Source: Pristiophorus japonicus (Eukaryota). From it: a stretch of DNA of 64,000 bases. Shown here piece by piece: positions 48,061 to 62,829 of this stretch. The stretch is from assembly GCF_044704955.1 (NCBI RefSeq), contig NC_091997.1:25048001-25112000 (forward strand). The letters run 5' to 3'. The first letter of the stretch is position 1. Every line of letters starts with the position of its first letter. Both the position numbers and the translations under genes were made by a program. The notes under the pieces are model-generated. The model ran no database searches and had not been told where the DNA came from. It saw nothing but the letters and a program-made list of their open reading frames with translations.

Positions 48061-50281
48061 AATCTAATTTACTGAGTTTTTGATTAATATTTTTAAATCT
48101 CAATGTGCTAAAAGTGGACTTGAATCTTATTTTTCTTTAGCTAAAGACTTTCCATGTTGTTCATTACAATTTTCCCATCTCCACATTTTAAATACCAACT
48201 GGATTTTTTTTCTAATTGTTTGATTTTGTGATTATGGGGATAGAACTATTTTTATCCAGGTAAGTTAAATATTCCACTATTGTACATTTTCAAAATCATG
48301 ATTAATAAAATAAAGACATTAGATCAATATTTAATTTATTTAATGTCATATTTTCAGTAACTTATACAGTTCAGTAAAATATATCAACTTTTAACTTAGG
48401 AAAATCAAAAATTTCACATTTTCTTTGATACAAAGTCAACTTCTTAAATATTAATTTTGGAACTTGGGTTAACTCTTCTCATTTATAAATGACATTGTTT
48501 CAAGTAGTTACTACACTTTTTTTTAAACGCACAACCCTCTGTTGACTCCTCATGAGATAACAATTTCAGCAGTTGTGTATTACATTACCAAGTATTTCAT
48601 TGATCACATAAAACATTTTAACATCTAGGAGGTTTCTCACACTGTATTCCTGATCAATTTATCAAGCATATGACAAAGATATATTCCTTTCATTCATTAA
48701 TCTAAACTAGCATTCAATTCATAAACTCAAAAGTCAAAGAATTCTAGTTCCTGAAGGTAATCGTACAACACAAATTATCATTTAAAGATATCTGATATAT
48801 CACATTTATTTTGACATATCTTGACCTAGCTTAAATATTGAAGACTGCATTAAATGCCTTCCGGATAACTTCAAGATGCACTATTAAACAATATATTTGA
48901 AATTGATTTCAAGAGAAATTGTTTAAACCTTTAAGATATTTCATATCATTTTGGAAATTTATTCAATTCCTTTGATGAGAAATTGGAAGAAATCTATTAA
49001 TAATTCCATGACATCCACTGTAAATCATATCAAGGTACAGTATTTCTAAATGACAATTGCACTGGGTCTGGACAATTGAACTTTGGAGATATCTCTGAAT
49101 GAGTTGCTGACTTCTCATTAATAATCTTAGACTGAATGTCTCAAAATCATTTAATGTATCTTTAAATGATTTTAAGATATTTATAAACATATTCGATCAA
49201 TAAATTTGATAATGAATGACAATTTAGCTTGCCATATAATATAGCACTAAATCAAGTTTGAAGCAATTCACCAATTGCAAGAATTAAGTGTTCTGCTAAG
49301 GTTACTAAACCTCTACTATTGTATCTGTTACTGACATAATATCAAACTTGTTTGCATGTGCACATTTATCAAGACTTATACCCTCTAGATTTCAAACTAG
49401 AAATGCAGAACAGCTAACTGTTTCAACTTTGAACAGTTCCACAGATCTACAATATGGAAAATAAGCCATTAACTTTTATAGACTGTACACATTATAAACA
49501 AGTTGCCTCAGATAACTACATTCAACAAAACATCTGTAACAATTAGAGTAAATTAATATCCTTACTAAATGTTTGTGGCATATCAGCACTAATTAAAAAT
49601 AAGTGTCCACTTCAAACTTAGTAAATGCTAACAATACATTTCAAATACAAAAAAAATTCCACCAAATCATTACATCTAGACTGTTGAATAATGCATTATT
49701 TCTGTAGCTTTACTGCAGAAATACAACACATACTGTAGCTAGTACAACATCCACTGCAAATATCCTTAATAATAAAATGTAATTTCCATATTAAATAGTA
49801 CTTGTCAGGCTTTTGTTAATGAAGCAGTATTCCTTGTAACAAAGATATTGTTTTGAGTTTGGAACAGTATAGAATATTTGTAGTACCTTGCATGCTTCAT
49901 TTTACAAGGTTTTTTTTTACCATTGTATTTAGGTTTTTTGCATTCCTATTTTTTCTCTGAAAATGTTTTTCTTGCTGAAAGTTATCTACTGCTTTCTGTG
50001 ATTAGCATTATTAAAATGCCATTGGTTAATGCATATAATTATGTTTTGGTATTTGTTTAGTACAGAATCTGTTATTCTATTATAGCATATACCAACACAA
50101 TTAATTGTGGGATATCAATTTCATCATATAATGCCATCATGTAGCCTCTCACTACATAGGCACAAACAAACTTGCTCAACATCAACAAAAATAATTGAAA
50201 CTATCTGAAATGATTTTTAAACTGTTGTATAAATAAAACATGCATCAACAAACAGTGATATATGAAATATTAACTACTAAT

Positions 50282-50695
50282 AGCTCCCCCGATGGCCTAA
50301 TGGCTAAAGCCACTGTCCAGCATAGCACTAAGCTATACAGACCAGAAAGCCCCAGACTCCATTCCTGGTCTGTGCTGAATTAGCTGATCTCAGCCACAGC
50401 AGCACTTGGGGTATCTCTAAATCCCCATGGCTAGGGAAGGGTTCCTGTCCTGATTGCTATTCAGCGACCAGTTTCGGAAAGTGTGTATGTGGACATTAGA
50501 TGAGAACAAAATCAGGCGTTGCTGTGATAGCTCTCACAATAAACTGGTCTGCTAAAACTCTATACCTAGATTCACGTATGAAGAATGTTACTTTGGCGAG
50601 TTAGTGTTGGGCTGCTGTCTGCCGTGGAACTATATTGCAGTAAAAGCTGGAAGCTTCAGCAGACAAAGGGGTGAAATCGAGGAGGAATTTGGAAA
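50282..50695 (+). mobile_element. Old tRNA-derived SINE of a different family
   Basis: A-box-like tggcctaatgg and degenerate B box gactccattcct; more GC-rich than its AT-rich flanks. Confidence 0.5.
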
Positions 50696-51903
50696 AAAAT
50701 ATTCATAACTCTAGGAAAAGAAAACTCCTAACAATATGACTGCCTTGCACTTGCCAGTGTGTACCTTACATCACAATTGTTAATTATTCCGTGTAGATAT
50801 TATCACGTATTAGCATAACACTCACTGTTGGCAAAAAAATCTAAACTCTAATTGAAGTGTTCCAAGAAATTCAAAGTATAATTTAAAATATAACAGAGTG
50901 TAAACTCAAGGCTGTAATTCCACCTCTGACATCAGATTATTCATACATCCTACTTGCAATCTGACATCACCTAAACACCAAAATGAAATTGTTGCCTTTT
51001 AATCACTCCTGGGTATCCCTTATTCTCTGCATAAATGTGAAAATACTACACTAATAATGAATGGTATTTTCCAATGAATTATCTTAAATATCATTAGATT
51101 AATATCTCCAGGTCTCTATAATATATGATACAAAGTCTGTGACCTTTGCACATTATCTGAAACTTCAATTATCTAAACAGAGGGTCCAACCAGATTAGGG
51201 TGATATAAATAAAAACAGAACCATTAAATCTAAACTATGATAACCTTTTACTTAACGGGATAATTGCAGTATACGGTATTAGTTTAATTAACCTCCACTT
51301 ACTGTTGTGGCATTGTAATTTTTTTTGATTTAGACTGATTTTAAGCTCTCTTACTTCTTACCAAAAGACTGCACCTTGGTGCACCTATTGCTCACTTTCA
51401 CTAAATAGAGGTTACCTTTCCTTTCAAGTCATGTCAAAGAAAGCCATGACTACTTTTATAAACTTTGTATGTAATAAATAACAAACATCTTGCAAAAACT
51501 AAAACAAACAGATTAAAATTTCCTGACTAAGAGATTTAGTCACTCTGATTGGGAAGATTTGACAAGAACAATTCACCAAAACATGGGGTAAAATGATCTT
51601 GTTAAATTATGGTAGTGAGATTTTTAAATAAGCTTTATATCACCTGTCTCAATATATAGATATGTATTTACTAACAAAATGCATGCTTGACCATGAGCTG
51701 CATTGTTTATAATTACTTTTCAGGGGAGACTATGTCATTCAGCTTTTTTCCCCTTAATACTTTCTTTTTAGTTAATCTAAATTAGTGATCACTGCAACTT
51801 AACCAATTCACATTTTAGTAACTCAAAAGATAATAATGAATAGAATCATTTATTTTGTGGCTTTTCAGTCTATTATTTTTTTCTCCAGTTCTTCAGCAAT
51901 TCT

Positions 51904-52209
<306 letters not shown>

Positions 52210-52429
52210 TTACTTAGTAGTACACAGTAGTGTAGTGGCATTGGTAACATGCTGTGGCATTGAGTGATAGGACAAACTGTACAGGTGAGACTTCTCCATG
52301 TTCCAAGCTACCAGAAGGATATGTGGAGATGCCAAGCAGATGCTGGGTACTTTCCACCATGTAAGCAAAAAAAATAGATGTTTAATCACCAAGATCTTGA
52401 AATTGCATTGTGCAAAGATTAATATCTAA

Positions 52430-52632
52430 GTTCTGGAATTTCCTCCCTAAACCTCTGTGCCTCTTTACCTCTCTCCTCCTTTAAGACATTCCTTAAAACA
52501 TACCTCATTGACCAAGTCTGTCCTAATATCTCCTTATGTGACTCGGTGACAAATGTTTAAGAACGCTTCTGCGCAGTACCTTGGGACGTTTTACTATGTT
52601 AAAGGCGCTATATAAATACAAGTTGTTGTTGT
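52430..52632 (+). mobile_element. L2 3' tail
   Basis: tggaatttcctccctaaacctct...aaaggcgctatataaatacaagttgttgttg. Confidence 0.8.
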
Positions 52633-52756
52633 ATATGACTTTTAATGCGTACATGTTAAATTCCTTAGCCTGCTATTTTAACAAATATTATCCTATTTAT
52701 TTTAAGCAGGCTATGGCCTCCATGAAAATAGAAGACTAAAGTTCAAGTGATCACAT

Positions 52757-53432
52757 CAATTGCGGCCGCTCCTGGTGCGTACGATTTGCGCACGCACCCG
52801 AAGCGGCCTCGCAAATGCCGGTTCTCGGCATGCAATGTGCATGCACCGCGAACCGGCATTTGACAGATCGCACGCATCCCTGGGAGAAGGACATTTGCAC
52901 GCAGAGATTTGGTCTATTTGCCCAACTCCAGCTCAGCAAATGTCCTTCAAACTCTTATGCCTACTTTTACCAATGTAAGATTTTGAAAAGATAGAAAAAT
53001 TTAATTTTATCACTAATTTTTGTATTTAAAAACCCTAAGCTTATTTTTACCCCTATTAAAACATATTAAAATAAAATTAAAAAAAATAAATTTTTGTCTA
53101 AAACATTTCATTAAATCCAATTAATTTTAAATGCGAGGTGTTTTAAAAAAATTTATTGTGTTGTGTTTCTGTGTTTTTGTATTGGAAGCTCGTACAAACA
53201 GAGCTCACCATTATTATCAATGAGAATATTCCATGTTTATTGGTGGTCCAGGCCCACATGATCCCAGATTGCGCTTACGTTCCTGGGATGTGTGAGGCCA
53301 TACGCTGGGCTGCAAAACGAGGCCTCGGACCGCAAGTATATGTTCCTCTGGGACCACCAGATACTTTCGTTAAAAAAAATTCGGTCGGAGGAGTCTGCCC
53401 ACAGTAAGCCTCCAATTGCAATTTTTGGGCCA
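52757..53432. mobile_element. Probable non-autonomous DNA transposon (Harbinger-like): GC-rich arms around an AT-rich core
   Basis: CpG-rich ends; terminus gcaatttttgggccc; left end unclear. Confidence 0.45.
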
Positions 53433-54157
53433 TTATTTTTAACCTTTAACAAGACACTATATTATGTATTAATCTCAGAGAATCCTAACTGTCAATGTTT
53501 GCCATAAAACTTGATGACAAAAAAAGTTATAACATAATGTTATGATCTGTAATGCAATGCCTGAAAGGGTGGTGGAATCAGATTCAATAATAACTTTCAA
53601 AAGGGAATATTGTAAGAATAAATTTGCAAGGCTATGGGGAAAGGGTAGGGGAATGGGACTGATAGTATAGCTCTTTCAAAGAACTGCCACAGGCACGATG
53701 GGTCCTATGATTCTATGAACAGAGAGATATTTTGAGAAGACCATGGGGCTACCCTGTATGAGTAGATGTGTAACGGGAAACTGAATCTCCAGATCTTTCT
53801 GTAACATGACAATAGGGAGATGAAGTCCACTGTAGCCAGCTTGTTCTCCTGAGCAGATTGTCTGAATAATGATAGTTACCATTTATCCTTTTTCAGAAGT
53901 ATGTTAAGTTGTTTAAAGTCCAGGAAAAAGCAAACAAAGCTATGCCATGAATAACATTTACTTATTTAATAACCTCCTCTGTCAAAGGTAAGGAGTACCA
54001 ATCAATGATTCCAGTTATCAGTATGGACACCAAATCAAGTCTCCTTAAGTGAGCTAAATAGGCAATGCTTGATATCATTCAGAAGAGTAAGATACATTAT
54101 TGCCGTACTGATACATGTTCTCAAAAAAATGCCTTCCATGCTTAAGCATTGTAGTCA

Positions 54158-54487
<330 letters not shown>

Positions 54488-54675
54488 TTATGCAGTTAAA
54501 CTAGTAGTAAAAATGTGATTACTTTATTGGTACTGTATAGCAAATTGATACTTAAACTGAACTGTAAATTATCAGGAGTTGATACTGTTTGTACACTGAA
54601 CTATGTATAAATTTCTATCACTGTTTTTGCAGTCATAACTGGGGGGTAAAATATATTTGTGATAATTTCCAGGTA

Positions 54676-55013
54676 CAGGTTGAACCTCCCTTATTCAAAA
54701 CTTCCCTATCCGGAACCACCCCTCGGCCGGAACCATTCCCGGCCACCGGGTGGTGCATGCGCAAAACTCCGACATGAACAAATTGAAATCCTTCCATGCT
54801 GCCGACTCCCGCAATCGCTGGCCTGACCCCGCGATCCACCGCCCACCCCCATGATCTCTCTGCTACACTCCCAACCCCAAGCTAGTCAGCCCCAATATCA
54901 CCTTGCTCAGTACCTGTACCATCCAATTTAACGTGACCACCCCTCGTCCGGAAAAATCTCTTAACCGGAACAGGCCAGGTCCCGAGGGTTCCGGATAAGG
55001 GAGGTTCAACCTG
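54676..55013. mobile_element. Tc1/mariner-pogo type MITE, 338 bp
   Basis: Perfect 19-bp TIR CAGGTTGAACCTCCCTTAT; TA TSD at 54674-75 and 55014-15. Confidence 0.9.
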
Positions 55014-55954
55014 TAATGAAAGTTTGCAAAATTTAACTCGCAAATTTATTTTTATGTAATATGTACTATAATGGATGTTAGGATTAAAGGATGTGTAGGT
55101 TTTCTTCTATTGATAATTCAGTTTTTACAGAATAAAGGAACCACAGTATTGGAAAAATAGTAAGATTTACATCAAAACAGAAATGACCATGAACAGCAAA
55201 AAAGATAGTGGTTTCAATCAGTTAAAATACTGACATCGATAAATGGCTTTATAATATTCCAATAAGCAGAACTATGGATAGGATTAGCAGCATGAAATGA
55301 ATTTATGCTGGTTCTCCACATGATCAGCTCTTAATCTCAGCAAGGGTATTTAAAGAAATGTCAAGGTGACAACCAAATCTTGGCTTTCAACGAAAATAGT
55401 TTGATTTATTTGTAACAGATTATTCACAAAAGGGGCAATATTCCTCTTCTTATGCCAACTTACAATCATAACCATGTACATGATCATTTACTGAATTCAA
55501 CATAAGACACCACACAGCCGCTGCACATTTTGAATGGCTTATGCTGGAATTCCCCGCCCCAGCACTCTTGTACAAAACCAAAAAATGGTTCTCTTTGTGT
55601 ATCTGATTTTGTGGAATTGACAAACCTGGCAACCTTCCAAAACAACCTATCAGTCACCTTTTAAATACAGGTGAAAATGATACCTTATATCAATGCCAGA
55701 TAAGTCACCTCCTGCTGAATGGGAAGTCCTAAGTTGCCTGAAATGAATAGTTGCTATCACTTTTGCAGCTGTAGGTAGAGTAGTTGGAGTGGCTGATAAT
55801 CCCTTTAAATTGGTTTCCATCATCTGACAAAAGCCTTCTGAAGAACCTGCAGAGATTGCTGCTTTGAGGCCTGCATACGATACACCGGATCGCTATAAGC
55901 CTCTCTTGGTTCACCTAGTATGTACATGAACCTGCTTTTCATCTTGTTTCTTGG

Positions 55955-56476
55955 ATATGAAACCCTCATCCATGCTTTTGTTACCTCTAGTTTTGATTAT
56001 TCCAACTCACTGGCTGGCCTCCCACATTCTACCCAAGTAAACAAGGTCATCCAAAACTCGGCTGCTCGTGTCCTAACTCGCACAAAGTCCCGTTCACCCA
56101 TCACCCCTGTGCCTGCTGACCTACATTTGCTCCCTGTTAAGCAACACCTTGATTTCAAAATTCTCATCCTTGTTTTCAAATCCCTCCATGGCCTCTCCCC
56201 TCATCTCTGTAATCTCCAGCTCCACAATTCTCCGAAATATCTGCGCTCCTCTAATTCTGCCCTCTTGAGCATCCCTGATTATAATCGCTCAACCATTGGC
56301 CGTGCCTTCTGTTGCCTAGGCGCTAAGCTCTGGAATCCCTTGCCTAAACCTCTCCGCTTCTCTCCTCCTATAAGACCCTCCTTAAAACCTACATCTCTGA
56401 CCAAGTTTTTGGTCACCTGATCTAGTTTCTCCTCATGTGGCTATGTCAAATATTTTCACTTCTTATAATACTCCTG
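55955..56476 (+). mobile_element. L2 3' fragment; its tail continues at 59615-59665
   Basis: ETLIHAFVTSSFDYSNS..IQNSAARVL..HLLPV. Confidence 0.88.
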
Positions 56477-59400
56477 ACGGTCTGCACCTAGGCAGGACCG
56501 GAACCAATGTGCTAGGGGGAGTGTTTGCTAGTGCTGTTGGGAAGGAGTTAAACTAATATGACAGGGGGATGGGAACCTATGCAGGGAGACAGAGCGAAGT
56601 AGAATGGGGGCAGAAGAAAAAGATAGAAAGAAGCAAAGTAAAAGTGGAGGGCAGAGAAACCTAAGGCAAAAAGCAAAAAGAGCCACATTACAGCAAAATT
56701 CTAAAAGGGCAAAGTGTGTTGGAAAGACAAGCCTGAAGGCTCTGTGCCTCAATGCGAGGAGTATTCGGAATAAGGTGGACGAATTAACTGCGCAGATAGC
56801 AGTTAATGGGTATGATGTAATTGGCGGAGACATGGCTCCAGGGTGACCAAGGCTGGGAACTTAACATCCAGGGGTATTCAATATTTAGGAAGGATAGACA
56901 GAAAGGAAAAGGAAGTGGGGTGGCATTGCTGGTTAAAGAGGAAATTAATGCAATAGTAAGGAGGGACATTAGCCTGGATGATGTGGAATCGGTATGGGTG
57001 GAGCTACGGAATACCAAGGGGCAGAAAACGCCATTGGGAGTTGTGTACAGACCACCAAACAGTAGTAGTAAGGTTGGGGACAGCATCAAACAAGAAATTA
57101 GGGTTGCATGCAATAAAGGTACAGTAGTTATCATGGGTGACTTTAATCTACATATTGATTGGGCTAACCAAACTGGTAGCAATGCGGTGGTGGAGGATTT
57201 CCTGGAGTGCATTAGGGATGGTTTTCTAGACCAATTATGTCGAGGAACCAACTAGGGAGCTGGCCATCCTAGACTGGGTGATGTGTAATGAGAAAGGACT
57301 AATTAGCAATCTTGTTGTGCGAGGCGCCTTGGGGAAGAGTGACCATAACATGGTAAAATATAAAAATGGAGAGTGACACAGTTAATTCAGAAACTAGGGT
57401 CCTGAACTTAACGAAAGGTTACTTCGATGGTTTGAGGCGTGAATTGGCTAGAATAGTATGGCAAATGATACTTAAAGGGTTGATGATGGATAGGCAACGG
57501 CAAATATTTAAAGATCACAAGGATGAACTTCAGCAATTGTACATCCCTGTCTGGAGTAAAAATAAAACAGGGAAGGTGGCTCAACCGTGGCTAACAAGGG
57601 AAATTAAGGATAGTGTTAAATCCAAGGAAGAGGCATATAAATTGGCCAGAAAAAGCAACAAATCAGAGGACTGGGAGAAATTTAGAATTCAGCAGAGAAG
57701 GGCAAATGGTTTAATTAAGAGGGGGAAAATAGAGTACGAGAAGAAGCTTGCCGGAAACATAAAAACTGACTGCAAAAGCTTCTATAGATATGTGAAGAGA
57801 AAAAGATTAGTTAAGACAAACGTAGGTCCCTTGCAGTCGGATTCAGGTGACTTTATAATGGTGAACAAAGGAATGGCAGACCAACTGAACAAATACGTTG
57901 GTTCTGTCTTCACGAAGGAAGACACAAATAACCTTCTAGAAGTACTACGGGACCGAGTGTCGAGTGAGAAAGAGGAACTGAAGGATATCCTTATTAGGCG
58001 GGAAATTGTGTTAGGGAAATTGATGGGATTGAAGGCTGATAAATCCCTGGGGCCTGATAGTCTGCATCCCAGAGTACTTAAGGAAGTGGCCATAGAAATA
58101 TTGGATGCATTGGTGGTCATTTTCCAACAGTCTATCGACTCTGGATCAGTTCCTATGGACTGGAGGGTAGCTAATGTAACACCACTTTTTAAAAAGGGAG
58201 GGAGAGAGAAAGTGGCTAATTATAGACCGGTTAGTCTGACATCAGTAGTGGGGAAAATGTTGGAATCAATTATTAAGGATGAAATCGCAGCGCATTTGGA
58301 AAGCAGTGACAGGATTGGTCCAAGTCAGCATGGATTTATGAAGGGGAAATCATGCTTGACAAATCTTCTGGAATTTTTTGAGGATGTAACTAGTAGATTG
58401 GACAAGGGAGAACCAGTGGATGTGGTGTATTTGGACTTTCAAAAGGCTTTTGACAAGGTCCCACACAAGAGATTGGTGTGCAAAATCAAAGCACATGGTA
58501 TTGGGGGTAATATACTGACGTGGAGAGAGAACTGGTTGGCAGGCAGGAAGCAGAGAGTCGGGATAAACGGGTCCTTTTCAGAATGGCAGGCAATGACTAA
58601 TGGAGTGCCGCAGGGCTCAGTGCTGGGACCCCAGCTCTTTACAATATACATCAATGATTTGGATGAAGGAATTGAGTGTAATATCTCCAAGTTTGCAGAT
58701 GACACTAAACTGGGTGGCGGTGTGAGCTGTGAGGGGACGCTAGGAGGCTGCAGGGTGACTTGGACAGGTTAGGTGAGTGGGCAAATGCATGGCAGATGCA
58801 GTACAATGTGGATAAATGTGAGGTTATCCACTTTGGGGGCAAAAACGCGAAGACAGAATATTATCTGAATGGCGGCAGATTAGGAAAAGGGGAGGTGCAA
58901 CGAGACCTGGGTGTCATGGTTCATCAGTCATTGAAAGTTGGCATACAGGTACAACAGGCGGTGAAGAAGGGAAATAGTATATTGGCCTTCATAGCTAGGG
59001 GATTTGAGTATAGCAGCAGGGACGTCTTACTGCAGTTGTACAGAGCCTTGGTGAGGCCTCACCTGGAATATTATGTTCAGTTTTGGTCTCCTAATCTGAG
59101 GAAGGACGTTCTTGCTATTGAGGGAGTGCAGCGAAGGTTCACCAGACTGATTCCCGGGATGGCAGGATTGACATATGAGGAGAGACTGGATCAACTGGGC
59201 CTTTATACATTGGGGCTTAGAAGGATGAGAGGGGATCTCATAGAAACTTATAAGATTCTGACAGGACGGGACAGGTTAGATGCGGGTAGAATGTTCCCGA
59301 TGTTGGGGAAGTCCAGAACCAGGGGACACAGTCTTAGGATAAGTGGTAGGCCATTTAGGACTGAGGTGAGGAGAAACTTCTTCACTCAGAAAGTTGTTAA

Positions 59401-59614
59401 CCTGTGGAATTCCCTGCCGCAGAGAGTTGTTGATGCCAGTTTATTGGATATATTTAAGAGGGAGTTAGATATGGCCCTTACAGCTAAGGGGATCAAGGGG
59501 TATGGAGAGAAAGCAGGAAAGGGGTACTGAGGGAATGATCAGCCATGATTTTATTGAATGGCGGTGCAGGCTCGAAGGGCCGAATGGCCTACTCCTGCAC
59601 CTATTTTCTATGTT
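56477..59614 (+). mobile_element. Young CR1 LINE: end of ORF1 (esterase-like DGLHL) plus nearly whole ORF2 (APE endonuclease + RT), frameshifted
   Basis: [57 protein letters not shown]; tail cctattttctatgtt. Confidence 0.95.
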
Positions 59615-60963
59615 TCCTGTGAAGCAGCTTGGGATGTTTTACTACCTTAAAGGTGCTATATATATACATATATACACAAGTTATGTGTGATGCAATAAAA
59701 TCACTATGTTGTGGCAATGAGAGCTTTGTGTCTTGGTTGACAGCTGCACTGGGGAGTAGGAAAACACTGGTTTACATCCTTATGATCGGCATTTATTGGC
59801 AGTGATGAAAGAAATGAATGCTGAAAAATCTTTCAGAAGGGGCACACGGGCACCCACCATAGAAAGACTTGGTGTACCTACCATGTATTCTTTCCCCAGT
59901 AAACAATAGCAGATCACAAATGCTTGCTATTTAGACCACCAAGCTCCAAATCAGAGATGGCACAGGAAAATGTATTGGCAGACAATGCAAGCACTGGCAT
60001 TACTGTGTTGTATTAGCAAAAATGAATAATGGCAAAACAATATTGTAGATCCCACTCGTCAGTTACCATCTCACCAGCATGAAATCAATGCTTAACAGAT
60101 GTACCATCTACTTCTCTACATACAGGCTAAAATCACTGTTAGTAATGTTTGAAAATGAAAGCTTAATGCATCTGTAGGAAATTCCTATGTCCGTTACTTT
60201 AATAAACGATTAGCAAAGGAATGTGATATAAATGCATAAAGCCTACAACTGCTAATATTGGCAACAGTATTTTATTTTAAAGTTTATTCAGATAATCTTA
60301 TTATAGAATTATACAGCACAGAAGGAGGTAATTTGACCCATTGTGCCTGTGCTGCTCTTTGTAGAGCTATCCAACAAGTTCCACTCCCCCACTCTTTCCC
60401 CATAGCCATGCATTTGTTTCCCTTTCATGTATATATTCAATTCCCTTTTGAAAGTTACTGTTGAATCTGCTTCCATCACTCTTTCAGATCACAACTCACT
60501 ATGTAAAACAAAATGCTGTGAATTTAAAAATGACACTATTCATAAGTGATAAGAAATTTCTTCCCTGAAATTATGCAATGGGATACTAGTGTATTCTGAG
60601 TTAGTCTGAGATTCTTTCTTGTTATTTTAGCAAAGGTATTAAACCATTTAATCTTTACAATAACTTCAGGACCTCTAAGTCAGTAACTTCACAAACTGTA
60701 ATGTTATTTTTTGTTGTGTGCACTTAATTTCTGTTCTTGGTTTCTTTGTTCAGCTGTTTTTTCAGGTGTCAAGGTCTATATTTCCAGCCATGAGATTTCA
60801 GGCAGTTCAGTTAATTACTGGGAAGTAAGTCAGTATATAACCTGAAATGGAATGTTAATTCCTAATAGTCAACTAAACATGATATTCTAATTTTAGAATA
60901 TCATAAATGTAATCTTTCAGTGAGGATGCCAGCAAGCATTTTTATAGTGCTTTTGACTTGCAG

Positions 60964-62820
60964 GAAGATAGACTATGAAAGTAAACTAGCACAAAATATA
61001 AAAACAGATAAAAGAGTTTTTATAGGCTATAAAAAGGAAAAGAGTGACTAAAGTAAATGTTGGTCCCTTAGAGGACGAGACCGGGGAATTAGTAATGGGG
61101 AACATGGAGATGGCAGAAACTCTGAACAAATATTTTGGATCAGTCTTTACGGTACAGGACATCAACAATATTCCAACAGTGGATAGTCAAAGGGCTATAG
61201 GGGGAGAGGAACTTAACACAATCACAATCACTAAGGGGGTGGTACTCAGTAAGATAATGGGGCTAAAGGCACATAAATACCCTGGCCCTGATGGCTTGCA
61301 TCCTAGGGTCTTGAAAAGTAGCGGCAGGGATTGTGGATGCATTGGTTGTAATTTACCAAAATTCCCTGGATTCTAGGGAGGTCCCAGCAGATTGGAAAAC
61401 TGCAAATGTAACACCCCTATTAAAAGGAGGCAGACAAAAAGCAGGAAACTACTGCCTAACATCTGTGGTTAGGAAAATGTTGGAGTCCATTATTAAAGAA
61501 GCAGTAGCAGGACATTTGAAAAAGCAAAATTTGGTCAGGCAGAGTCAGCATGGATTTATGAAGGGGAAGTCATGTTTGACAAATTTGCTGGAATTCTTTG
61601 AGGATGTAATGAACAGGGTGGATAAAGGGGAACCAGTGGATATGGTGTATTTGGGCTTCCAGAAGGCATTTGACAAGGTGCCACATAAAAGGTGACTGCA
61701 CAAGATAAAAGTTCACGGGGTTGGGGGTAATATATTAGCATGGATAGAGGATTGTCTAACTAACAGAGAACAGAGAGTTGGGATAAATGGTTCATTCTCT
61801 GGTTGGCAACCAGTAACTAGTGGGATGCTGCAGGGATCAATGCTGGGACCCCAACTATTTACAATCTATATTAATGACTTGGAAAAAGGGACTGAGTGTA
61901 TGTAGCCAAGTTTGCTGACAATACAAAGATGGGAGGAAAAGCAATGTGTGAGGAAGTCACAAAAAATCTGCAAAAGGACATAGACAGGCTAAGTGAGTGG
62001 GCAAAAATTTGGCAGATGGAGTATAATGTTGGAAAGTGTGAGGTCATGCACTTCGGCAGATAAAAAAATCAAAGAGCAAGTTATTATTTAAATGGAGAAA
62101 GATTGCAAAGTGCTGCAGTACAGCGGGACCTGGGGGTACTTGTGCATGAAATGCAAAAGGATAGTATGCAGGTACAGCAAGTGATCAGGAAGGCCAATGG
62201 TATCTTGGCCTTTATTGCAAAGGGGATGGAGTATAAAAACAGGGAAGTCTTGCTACAGCTATATAAGGTATTGGTGAGGCCACACCTGGAGTACTGCGTG
62301 CAGTTTTGGTTTCCATATTTACGAAAGGATATACTTGCTTTGGAGGCAGTTCAAAGAAGGTTCACTAGGTTGATTCCGGAATGAGGGGGTTGATATGAGG
62401 AAAGGTTGAGTAGGTTGGGCCTCTACTCATTGGAATTCAGAAGAATGAGAGGTGATCTTATCAAAACGTACAAGATTATGAGGGGGCTTGACAAGGTGGA
62501 TGCAGAGAGGATGCTTCCACTGATGGGGAGACTAGAACTAGTGGGCATGATCTTAGAATAAGGGGCTGCCCATTTAAAACAGAGATGAGGAGAAATTTCT
62601 TCTCTCAGAGGTTTGTAAATCTGTGGAATTCGCTGCCTCAGAGAGCTGTGGAAGCTGAGACATTGAATAAATTTAAGACAGAAATAGACAGTTTCTTAAA
62701 CGATAAGGATATGGGGTTATGGGGAGCGGGCAGGGAAGTGGAGCTGAGTCCATGATCTTACTGAATGGCGGAGCAGGCTTGAGGGGCCGAATGGCCTACT
62801 CCTGTTCCTATTTCTTATCT
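60964..62820 (+). mobile_element. CR1 LINE ORF2 3' half, decayed
   Basis: [43 protein letters not shown]; CR1 tail. Confidence 0.92.
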
Positions 62821-62829
62821 CAAAGCTTC

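Noticed and set aside
57366-59530. Active reverse transcriptase or retron-like system
   Set aside because: Ordinary CR1 ORF2, broken by frameshifts and lacking most of ORF1.
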